DNA of 64,000 bases from the NCBI RefSeq assembly GCF_009914755.1, contig NC_060936.1; one strand, given 5' to 3'. The DNA comes from the human T2T-CHM13v2.0 reference genome, Homo sapiens. Made by a program: the position numbers and the translations under genes. Of the stretch, positions 39,985 through 52,199 are shown one piece after another (the stretch's first letter is position 1; each line of letters begins with the position of its first letter). Under the pieces are notes generated by a model. The model was not told where the DNA came from and did no database searches. It was given only the letters and a program-made list of their open reading frames with translations.

Positions 39985-41155
39985 TTTTTAACAGCTTTAT
40001 TAATATATAAGTTACATACCATTAAGCTCACTTATTTAAAGTGTGTAATTTCAATGATTTTTACTATATTCACAGTTGAGTTGTGCAAACATCTCAACTA
40101 ATTTTAGAACATTTTTATCAATTCAAAAGGAAATCTTGTACTTACTGCCTCTCTTTACCTCCTCTTCCACCAGCCCTCGGCAATCATTAATCTAATTTCT
40201 GTCTCTACAGATTTGCCTATTCTTGACATTCCATATAAATGGAATCATGCAATATGTAGCATTTTATAACTGGATTATTTCACTTAGCATAATATTTCCA
40301 AGGCTGATCTATGTTGTAGCATGTATCAGTAGTTCATTACATCTTATGGCTAAATAATGTTCCACTGTAGGGATATATCGTATTGTGTTTGTCCATTCAC
40401 CAGCTGCTAAGCATTTGGGTTGTTTCCACTTCGAGCTATTATGAACAATGCTGCTATGAACATTTGGGTACAAATTTTTGTGTGGACATACATTTTCAAC
40501 TAGGGGTAAAATTGCTGGACCAAATGGTAATTTTATTATAGCTTTCTGAGGAACTTCCAGATTGTTTTTCAAGGTCCTACACCATTTTAAATTCCCACCA
40601 GCAGTTTATGAGGGTCTCAATATCTCCACATCCTGGATAATACTTTTTATTATCTGTTTTTTTTTTGTAACTATAATTCCAGGTTTCAAGTGATATCTCA
40701 TTGTGGTTTTTATTTGCATTTTTCCTGATGTTTAATGACAACATCTTTCCATGCGTTTACTAACCATTTTTACGTATTTTTTTGAGAAATATCTATTCAG
40801 ATCCTCTGTCCATTTTTCAATTGGGTTGTCTTTTTATTATCGATTTATAAGAGTTCCTTATATATTCTAGATTCAAGTCCCTTACCAGATAAATTATTTG
40901 GAAATATCTTCTCCCTTTCTTTGGACTGCATTTTCACTTTCTTGATGGTGTCCTTTGAAGCACAAGAGTTTTTAATTTTTATGAAGTCCAGTTTATCCAT
41001 TTTTTTCTTTTGTCACCTATGGTTTGGTGTTGTATCTAAGAAATCACTGCCTAACCCAAGGTCATACAGATTTACTCCTGTGTTTGCTTCTAATTGTTAT
41101 ATAGTTTTAGTTCTTACGCTGAGGTCTATGATCCACTTTGAGTTAATTTTTTGTA
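39985..41155 (-). mobile_element. L1MB 3' end
   Basis: Antisense 3'UTR (acagctttattaatatataag, cagatttgcctattcttgacatt) and ORF2 tail (ttgatggtgtcctttgaagcacaa). Confidence 0.88.
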
Positions 41156-42477
41156 GGGTCCTTTCACTTTTAAATGTCACAGATTTCCTATATTCTAAAG
41201 AGAGAAGAAAAAAGGTAAAATTGAGGCAATATAGGACAATTTGTGTTCTACAGCACTAGAAAATGGAAACCACTGAAAACATTAGCTAGTACGATGTATA
41301 TATGCAGGTGCATGTGTGCGTATATATATAATACATCATACATACTTTTAATTATTATTTTTTCCTCCTATAATAAGCCTAGGTTTTTTTCCTTCCAAAT
41401 GGCAAAGGGAAAACAAGGCTGCCAGTCCCCCAGTCATTCCTTCTTTCCTTTGTTGTTCTTACTGCTACAAGCTTTCTTGTGCTTTCCTTGATGGCCCTGC
41501 AGCAGGCCGGCCTCCTTCTGAGCCTGGAGTTTGTTAAAGTTCTTCACATGGAGCATCAAGTACTGCAGTTCAAATTAAAGCAACTTCTTGTACTTGTGTC
41601 TTTCCTCTAGTGTAGGCAATATCTGGCTGCCAATGCCCACCTCTGCCTGGAGCTCTCACCTGCCTCTGCTCCCTCCAGAGGTTCAGAGCAGCTTCACACA
41701 GGCAGCAAATAAATAAAGTTCTGAGCCTAGGGCAGGAAGCTCTTTCAATATGAAACTTGACCTGAACCTTTCTCTAGTGGCTTAGAAAAAGCATGTATGT
41801 ATGTGTGAAAAACTTGGACTTTTTTCTAACTGTAAAATTGATGTGTCACCACTGAAAACATTTTGGAAAATCAAAAGACTATAAAGAAAATATCACACCT
41901 CTTTTCATGTCCCAGAGTTAGACATGATTATCATTTTGTTATGTATCTTTAGAGAGACAGACAAATTTGCCAAAGTGTACACTTGTACATGCATATATAT
42001 TTTAGATAACCAGAAACGTATTATATACACAGTTTCACATGAAGTCTCTTTTCCATTTCACATTTTGTAATGTCATTAAATATTACCTGAAAACATTAAT
42101 TCCCTCCTAGAATAAATTACGATGTATTAAATCTTTTTCTTCTTTTTATATATTTGTTTCTTCCATTATAAATAATCCTGCGATAAACATCTCATCTGTT
42201 TCTCAACATATGTTTGATTCAACATTATTTATACTTATCAATTCGATCATTGACAAACATCCTGCTTTATAAGCTGTGGTAGAGATACAATGTGGGTCCT
42301 CAGAAAGCTCACAGAAAACAGGCTTTCTCTTGCTCCCTTATTTCATGCCGCCTCCTTGGTATACCCGCTGACTTCCTGATTTCTAATTACTTTCCCTGAC
42401 CATGATTCTTACCTAATCCTTGCCTATCTACTGCTTTTAACATGTGCTTTTTCCCCATAGCTGAACTAAGCTTATGG

Positions 42478-42584
42478 ATACCTAATGTAGATGACAGGTT
42501 GATGTGTGCAGCAAACCAGCATGGCACATGTTACATGGCACATACCTATGTAACAAACCTGCATATTATGCACATGTATCCCAG
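42478..42584 (+). mobile_element. Older L1PA (PA5-7) 3'UTR stub lacking its own tail
   Basis: atacctaatgtagatgacaggttgatg...aacaaacctgca...catgtatcccag; stops before the expected aacttaaagtataataaa. Confidence 0.8.
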
Positions 42585-42958
42585 GACACAGGAAGGGGAA
42601 TATCACACTCTGGGGACGGTGGTGGGGTCGGGGGAAGGGGGAGGGATAGCAGTGGGAGATATACCTAATGATAGATGACACGTTGGTGGGTGCAGCGCAC
42701 CAGCATGGCACATGTATACATATGTAACTAACCTGCACAATGTGCACATGTACCCTAAAACTTAAAGTATAATAAAAAAAAATTAAAAAAAAAATAAAAA
42801 ATAAAAAATAAAAAATAAAAAAATAAAAATTTTGTGCAACTCAAAAAAAAAAAAAGAAAATTGAAATTCAGATCTAAAGGTATTAGTTAGTAAAGTAAGA
42901 GAATGTCAAATGGATGAATACAAATATATATAAAAAAAAAAAAAAAAAAAAAAAAAAA
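42584..42958 (+). mobile_element. Very young L1 (L1HS/L1PA2/L1Pt class) 3' end with 3' transduction
   Basis: ggacacaggaaggggaatatcacactctgggg...gatgacACGtt...aactaacctgcacaatgtgcacatgtaccctaaaacttaaagtataataaa; CpGs intact; three A-tracts. Confidence 0.88.
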
Positions 42959-42985
42959 CCTCCTGTTTCCTGACTGTTCCTCTAG

Positions 42986-43050
42986 CAAGCATTTCTCAAA
43001 CTTTTTGGTCACAGGACCCCTTCACACTCTTAAAAATTATTAAGGACCCA
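42986..43050. mobile_element. Charlie1 terminal fragment
   Basis: tttctcaaactttttggtcacaggaccccttcacactcttaaaaattattaaggaccc. Confidence 0.6.
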
Positions 43051-43354
43051 CATCTGGGTCCTTAATTATGCAGATATAATCAGAGTTCAAGTTGCATAAC
43101 TGTGAGGCTTCCTACAACAATTTGTAACTGCACTTGTGTTTCATGCAGCCTGTCTAAATAGAACCAGAAGGACAAATGTCCACAGCCCTATTTCTAAACA
43201 GAGCTGAAGCTTCTGCCCTTTCAAAAATGCTAGTAAAAACCATTTTTAGGGTCCTTCCAAGATAGGACACTCTCTAGATAAGCATGTTATCCTCCAGTTC
43301 TTCATGGCCCTTCAGAGTCTCTGTAAGTTTGACCACCTCCAAGTCATCCAGTAG

Positions 43355-43355
<1 letters not shown>

Positions 43356-43397
<42 letters not shown>
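43356..43397 (+). repeat. (AC)21 microsatellite
   Basis: Perfect AC run. Confidence 0.95.
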
Positions 43398-43399
<2 letters not shown>

Positions 43400-43719
43400 C
43401 AATCTCAGCCACATAGTAAAACATTACAGAAGCACCAGGACTCAGTGGGTTCCTGGGGAGCCATCACTTTCATTTTCAGGCATAAGTCTCTCTTTGCAGG
43501 GGTTCCAGCTGAAGGGCAAGCAAGGTTCCAGGAGAACAAGGGTGAGTCAATGGTGCCTTGCCAACTGAGACTGGATCTCCATTCATGTGGGCTGCTCTAT
43601 TGGGTTATTATCCACCTTATTCTTTAAAAGACAATTTCTAAACCACTTCCAAGCATTTGTAAAACAAACATTGCCACCCACCAGCAATGTTTGCTTTATT
43701 CTGAAATTGCTGTATTTAC

Positions 43720-43794
43720 CTTGAAAACCACAAACTGTAAACAGGGCACCTGTTCAGAGAAGATCTTCAAACTGCTCACTCACTAAATCAACAC
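43720..43794 (-). other. Candidate 75-nt non-coding or poison cassette exon
   Basis: ctgcctttccttcccag|GTGTTG...TTTCAAG|gtaaat; stop codons in all three frames. Confidence 0.3.
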
Positions 43795-45140
43795 CTGGGA
43801 AGGAAAGGCAGTTGACTTCGGCTTGAATACACAGTGTACAAATCAATCTTTTATCTAAAACTCTTGGTGGTAGCTTGAATAAGTTAATGATTATTAAGCT
43901 TATGGAGCAACACAGAGACTTCCATAAACAAAATATAACTTTTGTTAATCTGTTTAATACTCAGAAGAGAGAAAAACAAGTAAGACTCACCTACCATAAA
44001 CCATAGAAGCACAATATTAATGCACACATATTTCCACATAAAATAATAAATATTTATATAATACCCTCCTTCTCAGTGGAGACACTTTATACTAGAGAAT
44101 AGGTAAAAAGGGAACTGATTTGATATATTAATATGCCTAATACATGACACAAGAGAAGACCGGATGGGGGGAGTGGCTTACTTAAAAACAGCTATATTTA
44201 ATTCATGGAAAGTATTTTGACTGAGCCAAAGTTTCATTTCCACAAACAGTCCATGTTTCTTACCACATCACGTTCCTAGAAATACATTATCAAAAGAATG
44301 CATTTTCCAAGGGAAATTCTACTGGTGTAACATGATTGGGAATAACTTCCTAAAGAATACAAACTTAATAATGAATATAGCATAGATAGAAATACTCTAA
44401 CCCTATAACCTCCACATCATTTAGGAGAGCAACATCCTATAAAAATGATTAAAATGTACTCTGTTGTACTGTTATAAGGATCATCCTTTTCTCCAAAAGT
44501 AGATCTGTATCATATAAATATCTGAAGACTTCACCAAGGACCTTCCTATATGGGTTGAGAGAGGCAAAGGATTGAATAAATAAGGTCTTTCTCCATCTTC
44601 CCACACAGGCAGCCTTAGAGGTGAAAAAAGTCACAGAACTGTAGACTGGGGAGGCTTATTCTTTTTTCAGTGAAGTCAAGAGAGTATTTCTGGGTCGACT
44701 GAGCTTCTAACTACCCCCACAAACTGGTCATGCTATTTCATACCTCTGTGCCTCAGCCAGAAATGCCTCTTTCTCCATCATCCCCTCCTCTCTGCCTGGT
44801 TAACAACTGGCCATTCTTCCTCTGCATTCCAAAGCCAATCACAATTCTCTTCTCTGTGCTTCTACAGTCTCTTGAGTTTAAAGGCAGTATAGTTGGTAGC
44901 TAAGGGTCTAGATTTCAATCACAGCTTTGCTTGCTTCCTCCTAGATGTATGACAAGGAGCAAGTTACTTAACTTCTCTGTGCCTCAACTTCCTCATCTAT
45001 AAAATGAGATATGATAGAGAATGTTACTCCTCCCCCATCCCATATCCATTCTTTTCTTCCTTTAGGTAGTTTTAGGTTGGCGCATGGCCAGCCCACTAAC
45101 CACCATGTTCCTCAGGCTCCTTGCAGCAACATGGAGTCAA

Positions 45141-45604
45141 GTTTATTAGTTTCCTGTGACTGCTACAACAAATCAACACAAAATTGGTGGCTTAAAACAA
45201 CAGCAATTTACACTCTCATAGTTCTGGAGGCCAAAAGTCCAAAGTCAAGGTGTGGGTAGAGCCATGTTCCCTCTGAAAGCTCTAGGAGAAAATCTTTTGC
45301 CTCTTCCAGCTTCTGGTGGCTCAAAGTCCTCCTCGGCTTATGGCAGCAAAAGTCCATTTTCTGACTGTGTCTTTATGTGGTCTTCTGTGTGCGCCTTCTA
45401 TTCGTATGTCTTGTACAAGGATATATAAGATTTAGGACCCACCTGGGTAATCCAAGGCGATCTCATCTCAAGATCCTTAATTTAATTTGCATAGACCATT
45501 TTTCCTAATAATGTCACACTTATAGTGCCCAGACGTTATATAAAAAGACATTATACATAAAGACTTGGACATGTAGTTTGCAGGGCCACCATTTGATTCA
45601 ATAA
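45141..45604 (-). mobile_element. MLT1B/C MaLR LTR
   Basis: tattagtttcctgtgactgct...ggcttaaaacaacag...tctcatagttctggaggcc...tctcatctcaagatccttaa. Confidence 0.82.
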
Positions 45605-45866
45605 GCTATATGACTATGAGATATGAGTGAGACTAATTTATAAAATTCCAGGAGCCCTCCTGAAGGAAGAATCTACTTTCCTTGTATTCCTTTTACCCCC
45701 TTTCTACCAACTAGGAAATGCTGACTACTGGAACAACCTTGGAAGCCACGTGCTGCGAATGACAGAGCTGCCAAGATGGTCCCGGACCACTCACCTAGGG
45801 ACTATTAGGTGAAAGAGAAATACATTTCTACTATATATAGAAGTCATTGTGGGTTGTTTGTTTTTT

Positions 45867-46183
45867 GTTGTTGTTATTATTGTTGTTTTTGTTTTGTTTT
45901 TTTGAAACGGAGTCTCCCTCTGTCGCCCAGGCTGGAGTGCAGCGGTGCGATCTCGGCTCACTGCAAGCTCTGCCTCCCGGGTTCACACCATTCTCCTGCC
46001 TCAGCCTCCTGAGCAGCTGGGACTACAGGTGCCCAACACCACGCCTGGCTAATTTTTTGTATTTTTTGTAGAGACAGGGTTTCACTGTGTTAGCAGGATG
46101 GTCTTGATCTCCTGATCTCGTGATCCGCCCATCTTGGCCTCCCAAAGTGCTGGGATTACAGGCATAAGCCACCGTGCCTGGCC
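45867..46183 (-). mobile_element. AluY
   Basis: Y diagnostics ctgcaagctc, ttcacaccattctcc, gggactacagg, ggatggtcttgatctcctg; (TTG/TTTG)n-derived tail. Confidence 0.9.
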
Positions 46184-46757
46184 TGTTTGTTTGTTTTTTG
46201 GGCTTTGGGGGGATTTATGTCACAGCACTTTATCTAATATATGGGGACAATAATATTTAATAATAATATATACCTCATATTGCTGTAAAATATTAAATGC
46301 ATTAATAGAATATAAAGCAGTTGGAACATTACCTGACATATAGTAAGAACTAAATAAATATTAGTTATTTACAGCAGTGGTACTCTTGTCACATTTAGTT
46401 GTCATTGATTTACCGTGTAACAGCTGCAGAAGACCGAACGGATTGGGGTAAAGGCTTGGCACTTTCATCTCAGTATTATACTCGAAAGAATACTAAACAT
46501 TCCATTACTGTTTAAAGAAGAAATGCAACTGAACTTGACACATCAAACATTATCCTAGGAACTAATTTATCATAAAGGTGCATATTGGGCCCAACAAGTC
46601 TACATGTCCTTCCCTACAGGCACAAATCTCTCAGGCCAAATGCCATCTCAATTAAGAAGCTTTCCTCATCACTCGAAACAGGAAATTAAAATCTTCATCC
46701 TCCCACAACATGTCACCATATCTTTTGATTTAGCCCTTATCACTTTCTACCTTGTGT

Positions 46758-46950
46758 TATATTATATATATATAATATACACATTTATATATATTATATA
46801 TAATACATGTATTATATATATTATATATATAATACATGTATTATATATATAATATATATAATACATATAATACATGTATTATATATAATACATTATTATA
46901 TATAATACATGTATTATATATATAATACATGTATTATATATATATATGTA
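46758..46950. repeat. AT-rich palindromic minisatellite (ataatacatgtattat core with TA runs)
   Basis: The 16-bp perfect palindrome recurs five times, embedded in an L2-like fragment. Confidence 0.9.
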
Positions 46951-47104
46951 TCTTATCTTCTTCATTAGATTATAAATTCCTTGAGAGCAGCATTCATTTC
47001 TGACTGGTCTGAACTGTAGCAACTACTTCATACACTGAATTGCACATGGTACCGTATGTGCACATGGTGTATATTCGATAAATCTGCTAAATGTATCCAA
47101 TATC

Positions 47105-47476
47105 TTTTTTTTTCTTTTTCTTTTTTTACTTTAACTTCTGGGATACACGAGCAGAACATGCAGGTTTGTTATATAGGTGTACATGTGTCATGGTGGTTTG
47201 CTGCGCCTATTGACCCATCATCTACATTTTAAGCCCCGCATGCATTAGGTATTTGTCCTAATAGTCTTCTTCCCCTTGTCCTCCACCCATCGAGAGGCCC
47301 CAGTATGTGATTTTCCCCTCCGTGTGTCCATGTGTTCTCATTGTTCAACTCCCACTTATGAGTGAGAACATGTGGTGTTTGGTTTTCTCTTCCTGTATTA
47401 GTTTGCTTAGAATGATAGCTTCCAGCTTCAGCCATGTCCCTGCAAAGGACATGAACTCATTCTTTTTTATGGCTGC
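47105..47476 (-). mobile_element. L1PA7-type 3' end
   Basis: ttaagccccgcatgcattaggtatttgtcctaat; ttgttcaactcccacttatgagtgagaacatg; TSD ccaa(t/g)atctt. Confidence 0.9.
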
Positions 47477-48711
47477 CCAAGATCTTACAGTGTTGAAAAA
47501 CAAGCCTACCTTCCCACCTACCATCTATGTGATTTGAGCATGCTGCTTCTCTAAAGTGTGGTTTCCACATTTGTAAAACAAGGCTATTCAGGATTAAGTA
47601 GGCTAACATGGAGAAAGGCCGTTATAAGCACTCAAAATTAAGAATTTTAATATTTAGGACTTTCTATTCTTAAATAGTCTTGGCTGTTAAAATACAGAAA
47701 AAATACATATTTATTCAGCACTCACTAAGAATTTAGACACACAACTCACTTCATATACACCATGGGAAGGAAGATTTTTACACATGAGCCTGCAGCTCAT
47801 GAAAATTAACCCCAGAACACAGGATGGGTAAGCAAGGGAGCTGGAGAGCTGTTCTTACCCCACTATACCACATGCACCACGATTGTTCCTTTTCTGCCCA
47901 TTGGTTCCTATTCTGAAGGGAGACAATTGAATCTCACAACCAAAGCCACGAATCACTCAAAATTCACACACTGTTCATAACTCAGAGACACAATTAATTG
48001 TGTGAGTGCTGCCTTAAACAGTGGTTCATGAGACTTCCAAAACAGTCCTACTTTATCACTCAGAACCACAGCAACTTCCCTCTTCCCAATACAGAGGCTC
48101 AAGTATTTTAAAGTATAAGCACTTTTACAATCCTGACTAGCTTTGACAGGAGAGGCAAAGAGGCAAAGCAATGTGGTGTTCTCATTTCATCCTTTGGCCC
48201 TTCTCTGAAACCTCATGGAGGAGAGTAAACTTATTATCCAATTTCCACTGCCACTTAAGAGGTTAATAATATGGCATTAGCAGTAAGGGTTATAAACAGG
48301 ATGACTCACCACAAACACACAGGATAAACATAGAAACAACATTCAACTGGATAATTTTTTTTTTTTTTTTTTTTTTTTTTTAGTATAAAGCATGTAACTC
48401 CTGACTTGGAAATCCACTGCAATTTTCTGAACTTCTTTGAGTAGCAGCGAATTACAAACTACTAAAAACATCTTCACTTAATACATGGAGAAGTTTTTGT
48501 CTTCTGTTATTTAAACTAAAGATTTGTTAGAATCCATACTGACACCTGTGAACTTAAATTTAAAGGTGTAGAATTTAAGACTATAACAAACTAATAGGTC
48601 TACAGGTTGCTTTAACATAAAACAACTAATCAAACAACTATGTTACATGCTCGGTAGTGGTAAGACACTGAAAAAGCATCTGGAGACAGAACTGAAACTA
48701 TATTGCCTTTA

Positions 48712-49010
<299 letters not shown>

Positions 49011-49039
49011 GGTCTTTCAATTAAAGAAACAGATAAAAT

Positions 49040-49530
49040 TCTGACGATCCACAAGAATGTGAACATGTGTCCTCAGGCCCAAGTTCACCAACAAGTGCAG
49101 TAGACAATTTCCAACATGCGAACAGCTTCCCACCTCAACTTCCTGGATCTCTCTTTTTCTCTGCATGAGAGCTCTCCCTGCCACATGGAGAAACAGCAGG
49201 AACAGTGCAGAAGTGTATTGTGGAACGAAATGACAACACCGTCTGGTGCAAACAAAAACCCTTAGTGGATGGAAGTTGGCCCCAGCCTTCCTGTCCTTCG
49301 TAGGAGGTTCCAAGGCATGTTCTGCATGGTTTCCCAGTGGCCCTGGCAGGACTGAGCTTCAGTTGCTTCCACCAGGATTGAGCTTCACTAATGCACGCTG
49401 TCCTGCCTTTTCTTCCTTTCACCCCATTTTCCCCCAAGTCCTCATCTGTGTTTCCTGGGATCACCTCCCAAATAGATTACCTCTACCAAGTCTTCCAGGG
49501 TCTGATCCACAGGTACCCCAACTTATACTA
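49040..49530 (+). mobile_element. LTR16/LTR33-like old ERVL LTR
   Basis: 3' part tttcctgggatcacctcccaaatagattac...cagggtctg...acccca; left boundary uncertain. Confidence 0.5.
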
Positions 49531-49917
49531 TCCTAATCTATTGCTCCTCAGATATATTCAATAACAACAGAATAACATGAAATGAGATTATCACAATACA
49601 TACCTTTTATTAACTTTACAAATTTCAAGATGTCATGAGGTTGGGAATTAGAATAAATAATTTGAATGAGAGTTAAGATTTAAAAAAAAAAGAAAAAGAA
49701 CAAAACACAAGTTTATTAGGCTAAAACAAACCTAGAACAATGAGCCAATGCAACAAGGTAAAAAGTAACAGGTTCTCCACTTGATTCCAAAGAACCAGTT
49801 ACACAGCACAGGAAGGACGAAACAGAATCCAGAGATGCAAATGAAAAAGCATCAGGAGTTTCCGTTGACTAAAAGCAGGAGGAGAGTCAGGGACTCTGGC
49901 CCAAGATTATTGGGCTG

Positions 49918-50301
49918 TGTTATGGTTAATATTAAGTGTCAACTTGATTGGATTGAAGTATTGATCTTGGGTGTATCTGTGAGGGTGTTGCCAAAGGAGA
50001 TTAACATTTGAGTCAGTGGGCTGGGAAAAGTAGATCCACCCTTAATCTGGGCAGGCACCATCTACTCAGCTGCCAGCACAGCTAGAATATAAAGCAAGTA
50101 GAAAAACTTGAAAAGGCTACACTGGATTAGCCTTCCAGCTTACATCTTTCTCCTGTGCTGGATGCTTCCTGCCATTGAACATTGGACTCTAAGTTCTTCA
50201 GCTATGGGACTCGGACTGGCTTCCTTGCTCCTCAGCTTGCTGATGGCCTATTGCAGAACCTTGTGATCGTGTGAGTCAATACCACTTAATAAACTCCCCT
50301 T

Positions 50302-50338
<37 letters not shown>

Positions 50339-50384
50339 GTATATCCTATTAGTTCTGTCTCTCTAAAGAACCCTGACTAATACA
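49918..50384 (+). mobile_element. MLT2A (MLT2A1-like) 5' LTR of HERV-L
   Basis: tgttatggttaatattaagtgtcaacttgattggattg...gagattaacatttgagtcagtgggctggg...gaaccctgactaataca; internal (TA)n. Confidence 0.93.
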
Positions 50385-50389
50385 GATTT

Positions 50390-50407
50390 TGGTACCAGGA
50401 GTGGTTC
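50390..50407 (+). promoter_or_regulatory. Primer-binding site (tRNA-Leu)
   Basis: tggtaccaggagtgg just after the LTR, complementary to a tRNA-Leu 3' end as expected for HERV-L. Confidence 0.85.
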
Positions 50408-50477
50408 TAGAGGAACAGAATATTAAGGATGGAGTTCTTTCTTTGGTTTTGGGATTTCTGGAGCTGGCTGCTTAATA

Positions 50478-52150
50478 TGATTAGACCCAAAAATGCTAAG
50501 GACTCTACTTCTAACAGTATGGAGAACACTGATAGTCCTTAGCATGAGCTGTTTAAAGAGTTACGCAAAATAAACGCATTTGACACTCCTGACTCACCAC
50601 TCATGAGAGGCAAGGAATTTAGTGACTCTATATATAATACCTTTGATTATATGTGGAGAACCAAGGAACCTAATGAAGTTGGTTGGTTGCTCCTAAGTTC
50701 ACTGGACAAAGTGATGAAAGAAAATGAGGAACTCAGGGATTCTAACTCCTGGCTTCAGAAGCAGCTACGGAGCCTCAAATCTGCTAAGACTGCCCTGAGT
50801 GAGAGTCTTATCTCCTGTAGAGAAAGAGCTGAAATTGTAGAAAAATAGACACAAGCTCTTATGCAAGTGGCTGACCTGCAACAAAAAGTGCATGCACAGC
50901 CTTGCCAGATGTCTACTGCTAAAGTGAGGGCATTGATTGGAAAAGAATGGGACCCTGCAACTAGGAATGGGGATGTATGGGAGGACCCTGATGAAGCTGG
51001 GGACACTGAGCTTGTAAACTCTGATGAACCATTTTTGCCAGAAGAAACATCTTCCCCATCCCCAGTAGTGGCAACATCCCTTCCCCAACTCATGTTGCCA
51101 TCAACCTTTCCACCTTTGTCTGAGTAGATAAACCCTGCACTGCCTGAAGCAACAGGGAAGGACCCCTTAGGCAGTTGCCAGGCAAGATAATGTTGATTCT
51201 CCTCAGGAGCCATCCTCAACACCCCTGTTTGCTTCTAGACCTATAACTAGACTAAAGTCCTAGCAGGCCCCAGAGGTGAGGTTCACAGTGTGACCCATGA
51301 GGAGGTGCACTACACTAAAAAAGAATTGCTTGAGTTTTCTAATTTATATTAGCAGAAATCTGAAAAACAGACATGGGAATAGATATTAAGGGTATGGAAT
51401 AATGGTGGAAGGAACACAGAGTTGGATCAGGCTGAATTTATTGATTTGGGCCCACTAAATAGGGACTCTGCATTTAATGTTGCAGCTCAGAGAGTTAAAA
51501 AAAGGTTCAAATAGTTTATTTACTTGGTTAGCTGAAATATAAGTTAAAAGATGGCCCACTGTGAGCAAGCGGGAAATGCCTGATCTCCCTTGGTTTAATG
51601 TGGAGGAAGGAATTCAAAGGCTTAGGGAGATTGGGATCCTAGAGTGGATTAGTCACTTTACTCATCCCAGCTGGGAGGGTCCAGAAGATCTACCCTTGAC
51701 CAATGCTTTGTGAAACAGATTTGTGAGGGCAGCACCTGCATCTTTGAAGAGGTCTGTAACTGCTCTTCTCTGTATGTCAGATCTAATAGTAGGAACAACA
51801 GTCACTCAACTACAAAATTTAAATACAATGGGAATAATTGGATCCCAAGGTGGTAGGGGCCAAGTGGTAACATTCAACTGTCAGAGGCACGGTGGGTGTA
51901 ACTACCATAATGGAAAGCAGAGGCAAAGCAACCATCAGAATAGTCTGACTCGTGTAGAGCTCTGACATTGGCTAATTAATCACGGTATTCCCAGAAGTAA
52001 AATTGATAAATGCATTCCTACTTAATTTATAGAAGCAGAAAACTTCCAGGTCGAATGGACAAAAGACTAATTTGAATTATAAACAGAGAATCATGGCCCT
52101 TCAATCAATTTTCAGACTTGAGCCAGTTTACAGACCTAGAACCACTTGAA
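50478..52150 (+). pseudogene. gag: HERV-L gag, disrupted
   Basis: ORF fragments 50603..50848, 50861..51127 (VRALIGKEWDP...GDVWED) and 51723..51965; many stops and frameshifts. Confidence 0.85.
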
Positions 52151-52199
52151 TGAAGGGGAGGTCCTTCCCCTTGATGAAGGACCCCACTACACTACTGAC

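Larger units (their letters stand above)
44880..46370 (+). mobile_element. MIR split (about 44880-45015 and 46240-46370) by an MLT1J/I-like MaLR LTR
   Basis: gcaagttacttaacttctctgtgcctcaacttcctcatctataaaatgag continues as tacctcat...tgacatatagtaag...aaatattagttatt after an MLT1-like insert. Confidence 0.6.

Noticed and set aside
48355-48381. Isolated T27 tract as a retrocopy tail
   Set aside because: No adjacent recognisable retroelement body or clear TSD; treated as a mononucleotide repeat.
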